DNA of 32,000 nt from Candidatus Saganbacteria bacterium (GTDB lineage Bacteria > Margulisbacteria > WOR-1 > JAKLHX01). A program made the translations under genes and the position numbers. This document shows, in pieces, positions 25,266 through 32,000 of this stretch. The DNA lies in NCBI GenBank assembly GCA_026387835.1, contig JAPLKZ010000004.1, positions 16,234 to 48,233 of the forward strand, given 5' to 3'. Numbering within the stretch: position 1 is the first letter of the stretch; each line of letters starts with the position of its first letter. The notes under the pieces are model-generated. The model saw nothing but the letters and a program-made list of their open reading frames with translations. It was not told the DNA's origin and did not search any database.

Positions 25266-25865
25266 ATGTCTATTATTTCTAAATACGAAACTTTAAAATC
25301 TATGGTTAAGAGCCGGAAAAAGGATTTCGACGACTTCGTCAACATGCTTGAAACTGAGACGAGCTGGCTGACCAGTCCCGCAAGCACGAGATTTCACTTA
25401 AATAAAGAAGGTGGCCTTTTAGAACATAGCGTTGGCGTGGCAGAAACGCTTTTGAAGATAAAAAGCACCCTTGCGCCGGAGTTATCAGATGAAACCTGTG
25501 TAATCGTAGGTCTTTTTCACGATGTTGGCAAAATCGGTATGCCCGGCAAGCCAAGGTATATCAAAAACGAAAATGAATGGGAGACAAAAAACAGAAATCT
25601 CACATACAAGGTAAATCCAGATGAGGTATACATGAACCTCGCGGTGAGAAGCCTTTATATCGCTTCAAAATACATGCCGCTGTCTGATGCAGAAGCGCAG
25701 GCCATCTTGTATCATGACGGGCAATTCATTGAAGCAAATCACGAAGTCGCACACAAAGAAGAGCCATTGACCCTTCTTTTGCAATTTGCTGATAGTTGGA
25801 CTGCGCATATTTACGAGGATGGTCGGATGATATCAGAAGATAAGAACTACTATAAAAGAAAATAA
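25266..25865 (+). CDS. HD/HDIG-domain phosphohydrolase, YhaM-like HD signature (possible nuclease)
   Basis: Its ATG directly abuts the upstream TAA (TAAATG). The motifs are ASTRFHLNKEGGLLEHSVGV, LFHDVGKIG and LYHDG, giving the H...HD...H...D pattern. The first motif resembles the HD domain of 3'-5' exoribonuclease YhaM, but without its OB fold. Confidence 0.75.
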   Translation: MSIISKYETLKSMVKSRKKDFDDFVNMLETETSWLTSPASTRFHLNKEGGLLEHSVGVAETLLKIKSTLAPELSDETCVIVGLFHDVGKIGMPGKPRYIKNENEWETKNRNLTYKVNPDEVYMNLAVRSLYIASKYMPLSDAEAQAILYHDGQFIEANHEVAHKEEPLTLLLQFADSWTAHIYEDGRMISEDKNYYKRK

Positions 25866-25906
25866 TCAGGTTTCCCGCCAAGACTAACTATTAAATCGGT
25901 GAGCAA

Positions 25907-26020
25907 ATGTCTACATCTGAGCTCATCTTTGGTTGGGTAATCGTGATAATAGGTTATGTGGTCACTCCCCTGTTGGTCGCAGTTGTAGTGTTTTGGCTTT
26001 CGTTGAAGTCTGGAAAATAA
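25907..26020 (+). CDS. Possible 37-aa hydrophobic single-TM peptide (MSTSELIFGWVIVIIGYVVTPLLVAVVVFWLSLKSGK)
   Basis: Found by hand translation. It is below the ORF-track length cutoff. The SD is weak (GGTGAG). The ORF ends one codon-frame-contiguous stop before the leuA fragment. Confidence 0.25.
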   Translation: MSTSELIFGWVIVIIGYVVTPLLVAVVVFWLSLKSGK

Positions 26021-26026
26021 CATTTC

Positions 26027-26113
26027 CACACCACTCTCCGCGATGGCGAGCAGGCGCCGGGTTTCAGCCTTAACACCGAGGAAAAGCTGGAGATAGCAAA
26101 ACAGATCCATTAG
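26027..26113 (+). pseudogene. Orphan fragment of the leuA 5' region (codons ~10-34), with no start codon
   Basis: It translates as [28 protein letters not shown], preceded by an in-frame TAA. Nt 26030-26104 align without gaps to leuA 26764-26838 at 68/75 nt identity and 24/25 aa identity. Confidence 0.85.
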
Positions 26114-26179
26114 TTTTGGCTTATGATATAATAAACTTCAATAGATCCCCAATTCTAAGTATTAAAATAAGGAGACGTT

Positions 26180-26416
26180 ATGAATCCAAAAACAATGATA
26201 AAAGAGATCATAAACGGAGTAAAAACGCTTCCCGAAAGGCAGATGAGATCGGTGGTTGATTTCATTACATATATACGTGAAAAGGAAACAGAAGAAAACA
26301 TTTTGAACTCAAAGACTATAATCAATGCTGTAAAAAGATCAAAAAAAGCCTGGGATAATGGGAAAACCGCTGATTTTACTTCTTGGGAACAAATAAAGAA
26401 AAAGAACAATATCTGA
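26180..26416 (+). CDS. Type II antitoxin candidate (DUF2281-like N-terminus)
   Basis: AAGGAG SD upstream. 78 aa. Its stop overlaps the toxin start (TGATG). The N-terminal IKEIINGVKTLPERQMRSVVDFITYIREKE resembles DUF2281-type antitoxins. Confidence 0.65.
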   Translation: MNPKTMIKEIINGVKTLPERQMRSVVDFITYIREKETEENILNSKTIINAVKRSKKAWDNGKTADFTSWEQIKKKNNI

Positions 26417-26667
26417 TGTTCAGGATCTTATTCCATAAGACCGCGGAAAAGAAATTCTCTAGACTGGATAAGCCGACGCAGAACCGCATTGCAAAAGCGA
26501 TAGATGCGATCTCGATAAATCCTAAACTCGGTACTGCCTTGCACGGCGCTCTTAAGGGAAGTTATCGTATCAGAATAGGCGATTTCCGGGTGATCTACGA
26601 AATAATCGAGAAGGAACAGATTGTTCTTGTCCATGCCATCGGCAGCCGCGGCGACATCTATAAATAG
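26416..26667 (+). CDS. RelE/ParE-family type II toxin (83 aa)
   Basis: MFRILFHKTAEKKFSRLDKPTQNRIAKAI ... YRIRIGDFRVIYEIIEKEQIVLVHAIGSRGDIYK is the family signature. The track start at 26383 would overlap the antitoxin. The ATG at 26416 gives the classical 1-nt stop/start overlap. Confidence 0.85.
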   Translation: MFRILFHKTAEKKFSRLDKPTQNRIAKAIDAISINPKLGTALHGALKGSYRIRIGDFRVIYEIIEKEQIVLVHAIGSRGDIYK

Positions 26668-26703
26668 TTATATTCCTCTGCCGCAATACTCGCGTTTTAG
26701 CTA

Positions 26704-26712
26704 TGTTATAAT
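26704..26712 (+). promoter_or_regulatory. Extended -10 element (TGtTATAAT) upstream of leuA
   Basis: Read directly from the sequence. It lies 25 nt upstream of the leuA ATG, with AAGAGG at 26723-26728. No convincing -35 was found. Confidence 0.4.
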
Positions 26713-26736
26713 ATTTTTCATAAAGAGGTAGCAATA

Positions 26737-28245
26737 ATGACCAAGAAAATATTAATATTCGATACCACCCTCCGCGATGGCGAACAGGCGCCGGGGTGCA
26801 GCCTGAACACCGAGGAAAAACTTGAGATAGCAAAACAGCTTGCGAAGCTGAACGTGGATGCGATAGAAGCCGGCTTTGCGATATCATCCCCCGGCGATTT
26901 TGAGGCCGTGGCGGCAATTGCAAAGAACATCAAGGGACCGGTTATCGCTTCCCTTGCGCGCGCGAAGAAAGAAGACATAAAAGCGGCGTATGACGCTATA
27001 AAAGCGGCAAAAAGACACCGCATACATATATTTTTGGCGACATCGCCGATCCACATGGAGAAAAAGCTGCGCATGAGCCCCGAAGAAGTGCTTGCCACAA
27101 GCGCGTCCATGGTGAAGTACGCAAGGACGCTTTGCGATGACGTGGAGTTCTCCTGCGAGGACGCAGGAAGATCAGAGCCCGCTTTTCTTTATAAGGTGAT
27201 AGAAGCTGTGATCGACGCGGGCGCTTCGACGATAAACCTGCCCGATACCGTCGGCTATAAGATCCCGGCCGAATTCGGGAAGATGTTCGCTGAGGTGAGA
27301 AAGAACGTGCCAAACATAGATAAGATCATCCTGAGTACGCACTGCCATAACGACCTCGGACTTGCTGTCGCCAATTCAATAGCAGCAATCGAGAATGGCG
27401 TCACTCAGATAGAATGCACGATCAACGGCCTGGGAGAGCGCGCTGGTAATGCCTCTCTTGAAGAAGTAGTGATGGCTATCAAGACGAGGAAAGACTTTCT
27501 TGATGCCGAAACTTCTATAAACACAAAGGAAATATACAGGACAAGCCGCCTTGTGAGCAACCTGACGGGCATGATAGTCCAGGCCAACAAAGCCGTTGTC
27601 GGAGCGAACGCTTTCGCGCACGAAGCGGGCATCCACCAGGCAGGCGTCATGCGCGCGAGGGAGACATACGAGATAATGGATCCCGCTGAGCTCGGTATCG
27701 GCGAAAGCAAGCTGGTGCTCGGCAAGCATTCAGGCAGGAACGCTTTCATAAAAAAACTGAAGGAGCTGGGCTTTGACCTGAAGGATGAAGAAACAGAAAA
27801 AGCTTTTAATGCGTTCAAGGTCCTATCTGACAAGAAAAAAGAGATATCCGACAAGGACATAGAATCTCTCATAAGCGACGAGATCTATGTGACGCCGGAA
27901 ACATACAAGCTTGAGTTCCTGAAGGTATCTTCGGGGACAAAGCTGAAGCCTACTGCAGAGGTCTCTCTAATGTATAAGGGAAAAGCCTGCAAGGTCAAAG
28001 GTTTCGGCGACGGACCTGTGGATGCCGTATATAAGGTAATAGATAAAATAGTAAAAAGGCCCGTCAAGCTGGTGGATTATATAATCCAGGCTATCACCGG
28101 AGGCACTGACGCCATGGGCGAGGTCATGGTGAGGATAAAAGAGAAAGAGCAGATATTTTCAGGCCACGGCTCCGATACTGACATCATAATCGCAAGCGCG
28201 AAAGCCTATATTAACGCTATCAACAAGATGGTGAACGAAAAATAA
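26737..28245 (+). CDS. leuA: 2-isopropylmalate synthase
   Basis: 502 aa with [24 protein letters not shown], and a C-terminal LeuA-dimer/regulatory-like domain. Citramalate synthase (CimA) cannot be excluded from sequence inspection alone. Confidence 0.85.
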   Translation: MTKKILIFDTTLRDGEQAPGCSLNTEEKLEIAKQLAKLNVDAIEAGFAISSPGDFEAVAAIAKNIKGPVIASLARAKKEDIKAAYDAIKAAKRHRIHIFLATSPIHMEKKLRMSPEEVLATSASMVKYARTLCDDVEFSCEDAGRSEPAFLYKVIEAVIDAGASTINLPDTVGYKIPAEFGKMFAEVRKNVPNIDKIILSTHCHNDLGLAVANSIAAIENGVTQIECTINGLGERAGNASLEEVVMAIKTRKDFLDAETSINTKEIYRTSRLVSNLTGMIVQANKAVVGANAFAHEAGIHQAGVMRARETYEIMDPAELGIGESKLVLGKHSGRNAFIKKLKELGFDLKDEETEKAFNAFKVLSDKKKEISDKDIESLISDEIYVTPETYKLEFLKVSSGTKLKPTAEVSLMYKGKACKVKGFGDGPVDAVYKVIDKIVKRPVKLVDYIIQAITGGTDAMGEVMVRIKEKEQIFSGHGSDTDIIIASAKAYINAINKMVNEK

Positions 28246-28479
28246 TTATTGATCCACTGTGATGCAGGTCAGCGTCCTTGATACATACCCCGTTGACTGG
28301 ATGTTCTTAATAAGTACGTCACCAAGCTGCTTCAGGTCAGGCACTTCGACAAAAGCTATCACGTCATAAGGCCCTGTTACAAAATGCACCTGTTTTATGA
28401 CGGGAAGGTGCGCTATCGCCTTTGAAAGCTCCTGTCCTTTTCCCGGATGGCATTCGATCAATATATAGGCTTGTGTCAT
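28246..28479 (-). CDS. Stand-alone Lrp/AsnC ligand-binding (RAM) domain protein, no HTH
   Basis: 77 aa: AYILIECHPGKGQELSKAIAHLPVIKQVHFVTGPYDVIAFVEVPDLKQLGDVL. AAGGAG SD upstream. Its stop codon directly abuts the leuA stop, so the genes are convergent with 0 nt between them. Confidence 0.75.
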   Translation of the reverse strand: MTQAYILIECHPGKGQELSKAIAHLPVIKQVHFVTGPYDVIAFVEVPDLKQLGDVLIKNIQSTGYVSRTLTCITVDQ

Positions 28480-28575
28480 GTTTGTTATACTCCTTTTCGA
28501 AATATTATAACATACAGCCGTAAATTGTTTGCAAACACCGCTCTTTGATGTTATTATTTCTCTTGAGAAAATATC

Positions 28576-29175
28576 ATGTGGGCAAAACTAAGCAGCTTGT
28601 TCTTCAGAGGGGTAATAATATTACTCCCGTTATTCATCACGATATGGCTTTTGTGGTTCATGTTCTCGTTCATGGACGGCATCCTGGGTGGCATTCTTTC
28701 CTTGATATTCGGACATCCGATGCCGGGACTCGGTTTTATTATAACGATCTCCCTGATACTGTTCACCGGGTATCTTGCAAATTACCTTATCGGCGAAAGA
28801 TTCTTTCACTTTATCGATAATCTGCTCATAAAAGTGCCGATAGTAAAGACGATCTACTCTTCTGCCAAGCAGGTCAATGACGCGCTTTTCCAGACAGGGG
28901 CTTCAAAGGGATTTACAAAAGCATGCCTCATTGAATATCCGAGGACCGGCGTCTATTCAATAGGTTTTCTGACAAGCAGGACATCAAAGGAAATATCCAA
29001 AAAGACAGGCCACGATGACCTTGTCAACGTTTTTATCCCGAACACCCCTACCCCTGCAACGGGATTCCTGGTCCTTGTACCGCAGAAGGACGTCATCATG
29101 CTTGATATCAAGACCGAGGATGCGGTAAAGATGATCGTATCCGCGGGCGTGCTCCAGCCAAAAGAAAGAAAATAA
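28576..29175 (+). CDS. DUF502-family membrane protein
   Basis: Two N-terminal TM helices plus IPNTPTPATGFLVLVPQKDVIMLDIKTEDAVKMIVSAGV, the DUF502/COG2928 signature as I recall it. Confidence 0.7.
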   Translation: MWAKLSSLFFRGVIILLPLFITIWLLWFMFSFMDGILGGILSLIFGHPMPGLGFIITISLILFTGYLANYLIGERFFHFIDNLLIKVPIVKTIYSSAKQVNDALFQTGASKGFTKACLIEYPRTGVYSIGFLTSRTSKEISKKTGHDDLVNVFIPNTPTPATGFLVLVPQKDVIMLDIKTEDAVKMIVSAGVLQPKERK

Positions 29176-29176
29176 A

Positions 29177-30367
29177 ATGGAATTTTCTCATCTTCTTCTG
29201 ACACTGATCGTCATCCTTATCACAGCAAAGCTTTTCGGCGAGCTCGCACAGAGGCTGGGACAAAGCCCTGTGATCGGCGAGCTTATCGGCGGCGTGATAA
29301 TAGGCGGAAGCGTGCTGGGGCTTGTGCATGATTCTCAGATGATCCAGGTCTTTGCAGAGATCGGCGCGATACTGCTCTTGTTCGAGATCGGCATCCAGAC
29401 TAACCTTTATGACTTTTTAAAGGTAGGCGGCTGGGCTTTTGTCGTTGCCTGCGTGGGTGTCTTTTTTCCCTTTCTCTTCGGTTATTATATAAGTACGTTC
29501 TTCGGCCTTGACATGGTCCATTCGATATTCATTGGAGCCATCCTCACAGCTACATCAGTAGGTATTACAGCCAGGGTCTTTTCAGACCTCCATGCGCTTG
29601 CGTCCAAAGAAGCAAGGATCGTCCTCGGCGCCGCTGTGATCGACGATGTTATCGGCCTTGCGATACTCGCTGTCGTCACGAGACTGGTCCTGAACGGGAA
29701 TGTTTCTTTTTCGTCGGTAGCAAATATTACTATGATCGCGGTGGTATTCCTCTCTGTCTCGCTCATAGCCGGCGTCCTGATCATGCCGTTACTTTTCGGA
29801 CTTTTAAGAAAGATGCGTGTAAGGGGAATATTATTTGTTAGCGCGTTCTGTTTCTGCCTTTTGCTTGCGTATGTCGCCTCCGCCGACATGCACCTTCCTT
29901 ATATAGGCTATTTCAAGGTCGGGCTGGCGCCTATTGTCGGCGCTTTCATCGCGGGCCTGATACTTTCGATCACAAGAGAAAGGGTCTTCATCGAGGAACA
30001 GATAAAACCTCTTGCGGATATTTTCGTGCCGGTGTTTTTCGTCCTTATGGGAGCTCTTGTTGATATAAAAGTCTTCAATCCGTATGTCCCCTCCAATGCG
30101 ATGATACTCCAGATAGCCCTGTGGCTGTTCATTGCCGCTGTGATCGGAAAGGTGATTGCAGGATTTTCCGTGCTTGACCGTACATCCAACAAGCTTCTCA
30201 TCGGGGTCGGGATGATCCCGAGAGGCGAAGTCGGCCTTATCTTTGCGAGCATGGGGCTTACAAAGCATATAATCACCCAGCCCATCTATTCCGCCGCGGT
30301 CGTAGTGATAATGGCGACGACCTTCGTGACGCCGTTCCTTTTAAAGCTGCTGTTAAAAAAGAAATGA
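29177..30367 (+). CDS. Cation:proton antiporter (CPA2/Kef-type Na+/H+ exchanger family)
   Basis: It starts 1 nt after the DUF502 stop. It is a polytopic membrane protein with the family-typical N-terminus LLLTLIVILITAKLFGELAQRLGQSPVIGELIGGVIIG. Confidence 0.8.
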   Translation: MEFSHLLLTLIVILITAKLFGELAQRLGQSPVIGELIGGVIIGGSVLGLVHDSQMIQVFAEIGAILLLFEIGIQTNLYDFLKVGGWAFVVACVGVFFPFLFGYYISTFFGLDMVHSIFIGAILTATSVGITARVFSDLHALASKEARIVLGAAVIDDVIGLAILAVVTRLVLNGNVSFSSVANITMIAVVFLSVSLIAGVLIMPLLFGLLRKMRVRGILFVSAFCFCLLLAYVASADMHLPYIGYFKVGLAPIVGAFIAGLILSITRERVFIEEQIKPLADIFVPVFFVLMGALVDIKVFNPYVPSNAMILQIALWLFIAAVIGKVIAGFSVLDRTSNKLLIGVGMIPRGEVGLIFASMGLTKHIITQPIYSAAVVVIMATTFVTPFLLKLLLKKK

Positions 30368-30597
30368 AACCGAATATCCTGATCAGGACATTGCTTGTCA
30401 ACGCGGCTTTCAATCTCATCCTTATGATCGCCGGGATCGGACTTGTCTATTACGGCGCTAAAGCAAAAGCAAACAATCTGATGATAGCGGGCTTCATCCT
30501 GGTCGCATTCTCTTATTTAAGGAACAGGGTACTGAGCAGGACTTACAGCCTGCCGAACCTGAAGCGGATACAAAAAGAGAGACAAAAAGGTCTTTAG
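30364..30597 (+). CDS. Small two-TM membrane protein, hypothetical
   Basis: ATGA start/stop overlap with the antiporter gene. Two hydrophobic helices. The 3' end overlaps the convergent radical-SAM gene by 4 nt. Confidence 0.45.
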   Translation: MKPNILIRTLLVNAAFNLILMIAGIGLVYYGAKAKANNLMIAGFILVAFSYLRNRVLSRTYSLPNLKRIQKERQKGL

Positions 30598-31664
30598 AAT
30601 TTAGAGCCTTTGCTCCACTTAATGTTTATGGCATTTCCGCAATTAAGGCATTTATTTTCTGCATCTATCTCGTATGAGACGATATTGTAGCCTTCCCTCT
30701 CTATTACCACGGAATGGCACTTTGGACAGTAAGTGTTATCGTATTCATGGTTCGACACGTTCCCGAGATATACATACTGAAGGCCTTCCTTGAGCCCTAT
30801 CGAGCGCGCTTTTTCAAGCGTCTCTATGGGTGTCGGCATGACAGAGCTGAACTCCAGGTACGGGAAGAACCTTGTCACGTGCCACGGGGTATCCGGCCCG
30901 AGCTCTTTGCTTATCCACGAAGCGATCCCGTTGAGCTGGGCATCGTCATCGTTCATGCCCGGTATGATATTCGTCACTATCTCCACATGCATCTTGTGCT
31001 TGTTCTTTGCAAGCGAGGCTGACGTGAGTATGGGTTTCATGTCTGGGACCTTTGCCACATCCCGGTAAAAATCATTATTGAACGCTTTTACATCCACCCT
31101 GAACGCATCGAGGTACGGCGCTATCATCTCGAGCGGTTCCGGATTTATATACCCGTTCGTCACGTATACTGTGTAAAGCCCTTTCTGTTTTGCGAGCTTC
31201 GCGCTATCAAGAGTGTATTCGAACCAGACGGTCGGTTCATTGTATGTCCAGGCTATCCCGTCGCAGTCGTTCTTGAGCGCGAGTTCAACGGACTGCTCGG
31301 GCGTTATTATCTCTGTGGAGCGTTCTTTTGCGACCTCGTATATCTTGCTGCCGTCAAAGCTTTCCGCGAGTATCACGTGCGATATCTCCCAGTTCTGGCA
31401 GTGGCTGCAGTGCATGTTACAGCCCAGTGTCCCCATGGAGAACACCAGGGTTGAAGGGTTGAAATTATAAAGCGGCTTTTTTTCTATAGGATCGACGGCT
31501 TTTGAAGAGACCTTGTTGTATACCATCGACTCGAGTACGGCGTTCCTGTTCACCCTGACCCCGCAGAACCCGGCTTTGCCGTCGGGGATGACGCAAAAAT
31601 GGGGGCACAGGTCGCACCTGATATAGCCGTCCTTTAATTTTTTGTAGAAAAGCGCTTCTTTCAT
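30594..31664 (-). CDS. AmmeMemoRadiSam-system radical SAM enzyme (PflA-like activase family)
   Basis: The CNMHCSHCQNW CxxxCxxC cluster motif is present. The N-terminal Cys-rich region (RCDLCPHFCVIPDGKAGFCGVR) and the C-terminal CPKC...CLNC are typical of the family. No AMMECR1 or Memo partner genes lie inside this window. Confidence 0.8.
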   Translation of the reverse strand: MKEALFYKKLKDGYIRCDLCPHFCVIPDGKAGFCGVRVNRNAVLESMVYNKVSSKAVDPIEKKPLYNFNPSTLVFSMGTLGCNMHCSHCQNWEISHVILAESFDGSKIYEVAKERSTEIITPEQSVELALKNDCDGIAWTYNEPTVWFEYTLDSAKLAKQKGLYTVYVTNGYINPEPLEMIAPYLDAFRVDVKAFNNDFYRDVAKVPDMKPILTSASLAKNKHKMHVEIVTNIIPGMNDDDAQLNGIASWISKELGPDTPWHVTRFFPYLEFSSVMPTPIETLEKARSIGLKEGLQYVYLGNVSNHEYDNTYCPKCHSVVIEREGYNIVSYEIDAENKCLNCGNAINIKWSKGSKF

Positions 31665-31681
31665 TAAGAAGATTTTAGCAT

Positions 31682-32000
31682 TTATTTCACTGTTTTTACA
31701 AAAAATGCGCCGGACAGCACATCTGCCAGATGACGGAAAGCGAGGTCTTTTACTGCCAGAGAAGCAAGATCTGTCGAAGAAGCCCTGTATCCTTCTATAC
31801 TGAACTTTTTCTTTAACAGATCAGCCGTATTGTCCGGAATGCCGTTTACCGCGACAGTCCCCTGCTGAATGAGCCTGTCCCTGCCCCTTTTCTGCGCGCT
31901 GCCTACCAGCTTGCGTCCGCCTACCGTGATCTCGTACTCAAGAGGGTCCAGAAAGCAGATGTTTGAACCCTTTTGTCTGTTCTTTAAAGAGGTTTTCTTT
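31682..32000 (-). CDS. Biotin/lipoate A/B protein ligase-family protein, C-terminal part (5' end lies right of the window)
   Basis: Hand translation of the minus strand gives ...ITVGGRKLVGSAQKRGRDRLIQQGTVAVNGIPD...FFVKTVK*. The GSAQxR...QxGT pattern is typical of LplA/LipB-type ligases. The frame is open to the window edge. Confidence 0.6.
   Translation of the reverse strand, partial: KKTSLKNRQKGSNICFLDPLEYEITVGGRKLVGSAQKRGRDRLIQQGTVAVNGIPDNTADLLKKKFSIEGYRASSTDLASLAVKDLAFRHLADVLSGAFFVKTVK

Noticed and set aside
25850-26110. 86-aa minus-strand ORF between the HD gene and the TA pair.
   Set aside because: It is antisense to both the leuA-derived fragment and the small hydrophobic ORF. Its sequence is explained by the leuA homology on the plus strand.
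26383-26415. Longer RelE/ParE start at 26383.
   Set aside because: It would overlap the antitoxin by 34 nt and add a non-homologous Lys/Glu tail. The ATG at 26416 gives the canonical family N-terminus and a TGATG junction.
26570-30285. Antisense ORFs within leuA (26570..26923, 26718..27110, 26996..27313, 27376..27872), the DUF502 gene (28554..28766, 28953..29204) and the antiporter gene (29485..30285).
   Set aside because: They lie opposite well-supported genes in GC-richer DNA. None has a recognisable motif or SD.
1-32000. I looked for integrase, transposase or recombinase genes, IS ends, tRNA/tmRNA genes and CRISPR arrays that could explain the mobility of the island.
   Set aside because: None was recognisable in any frame. 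The mobility inference rests only on composition, gene content and the leuA 5' duplication.

Overview
This is a bacterial chromosomal window. I recognised no rRNA, tRNA, CRISPR array, integrase or transposase. All family names come from motif recognition by eye, not from searches. The window falls into three zones.

**Zone A (1-11.1 kb).** It holds the 3' part of a PmbA/TldD protease gene, then three tandem paralogous genes (917, 670 and 719 aa). Each paralog has an EF-hand-like N-terminus, 9-17 copies of a 25-aa (75-nt) DUF4116-type repeat, a conserved middle domain and a HEAT-like C-terminus. After these come a GC-richer pair (an unknown 349-aa protein plus a C45/Ntn-hydrolase-like lipoprotein) and another lipoprotein.

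**Zone B (~11.2-26.7 kb).** This is an AT-rich accessory/defence island.
- It starts with an ORF6N/KilA-N-type gene and an ICMT-family methyltransferase.
- A tightly coupled 8-gene minus-strand operon follows: fic, hsdM, hsdS, a DUF3644-like gene, a small trypco2-like gene, hsdR, a PD-(D/E)xK-like gene and a small ORF. It is driven by a near-consensus promoter embedded in two 28-bp palindromic operators.
- Next are a patatin-like phospholipase and a divergent 3-gene operon (TPR protein, nuclease-like protein, YhaM-like HD protein).
- The island ends with a 25-codon pseudogene copy of the leuA 5' end and a RelE/ParE toxin-antitoxin pair. These sit directly in front of the intact leuA.

**Zone C (26.7-32 kb).** This is housekeeping-like: leuA, a stand-alone Lrp/AsnC RAM-domain protein, a DUF502 protein, a CPA2 cation/proton antiporter, an AmmeMemoRadiSam radical-SAM enzyme and a partial lipoate/biotin ligase-family gene.

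**Best candidates for an undescribed system.**
- The extra genes embedded in and appended to the Type I R-M operon.
- The patatin plus TPR/nuclease-like/HD cluster.
- The three-gene DUF4116 paralog array.
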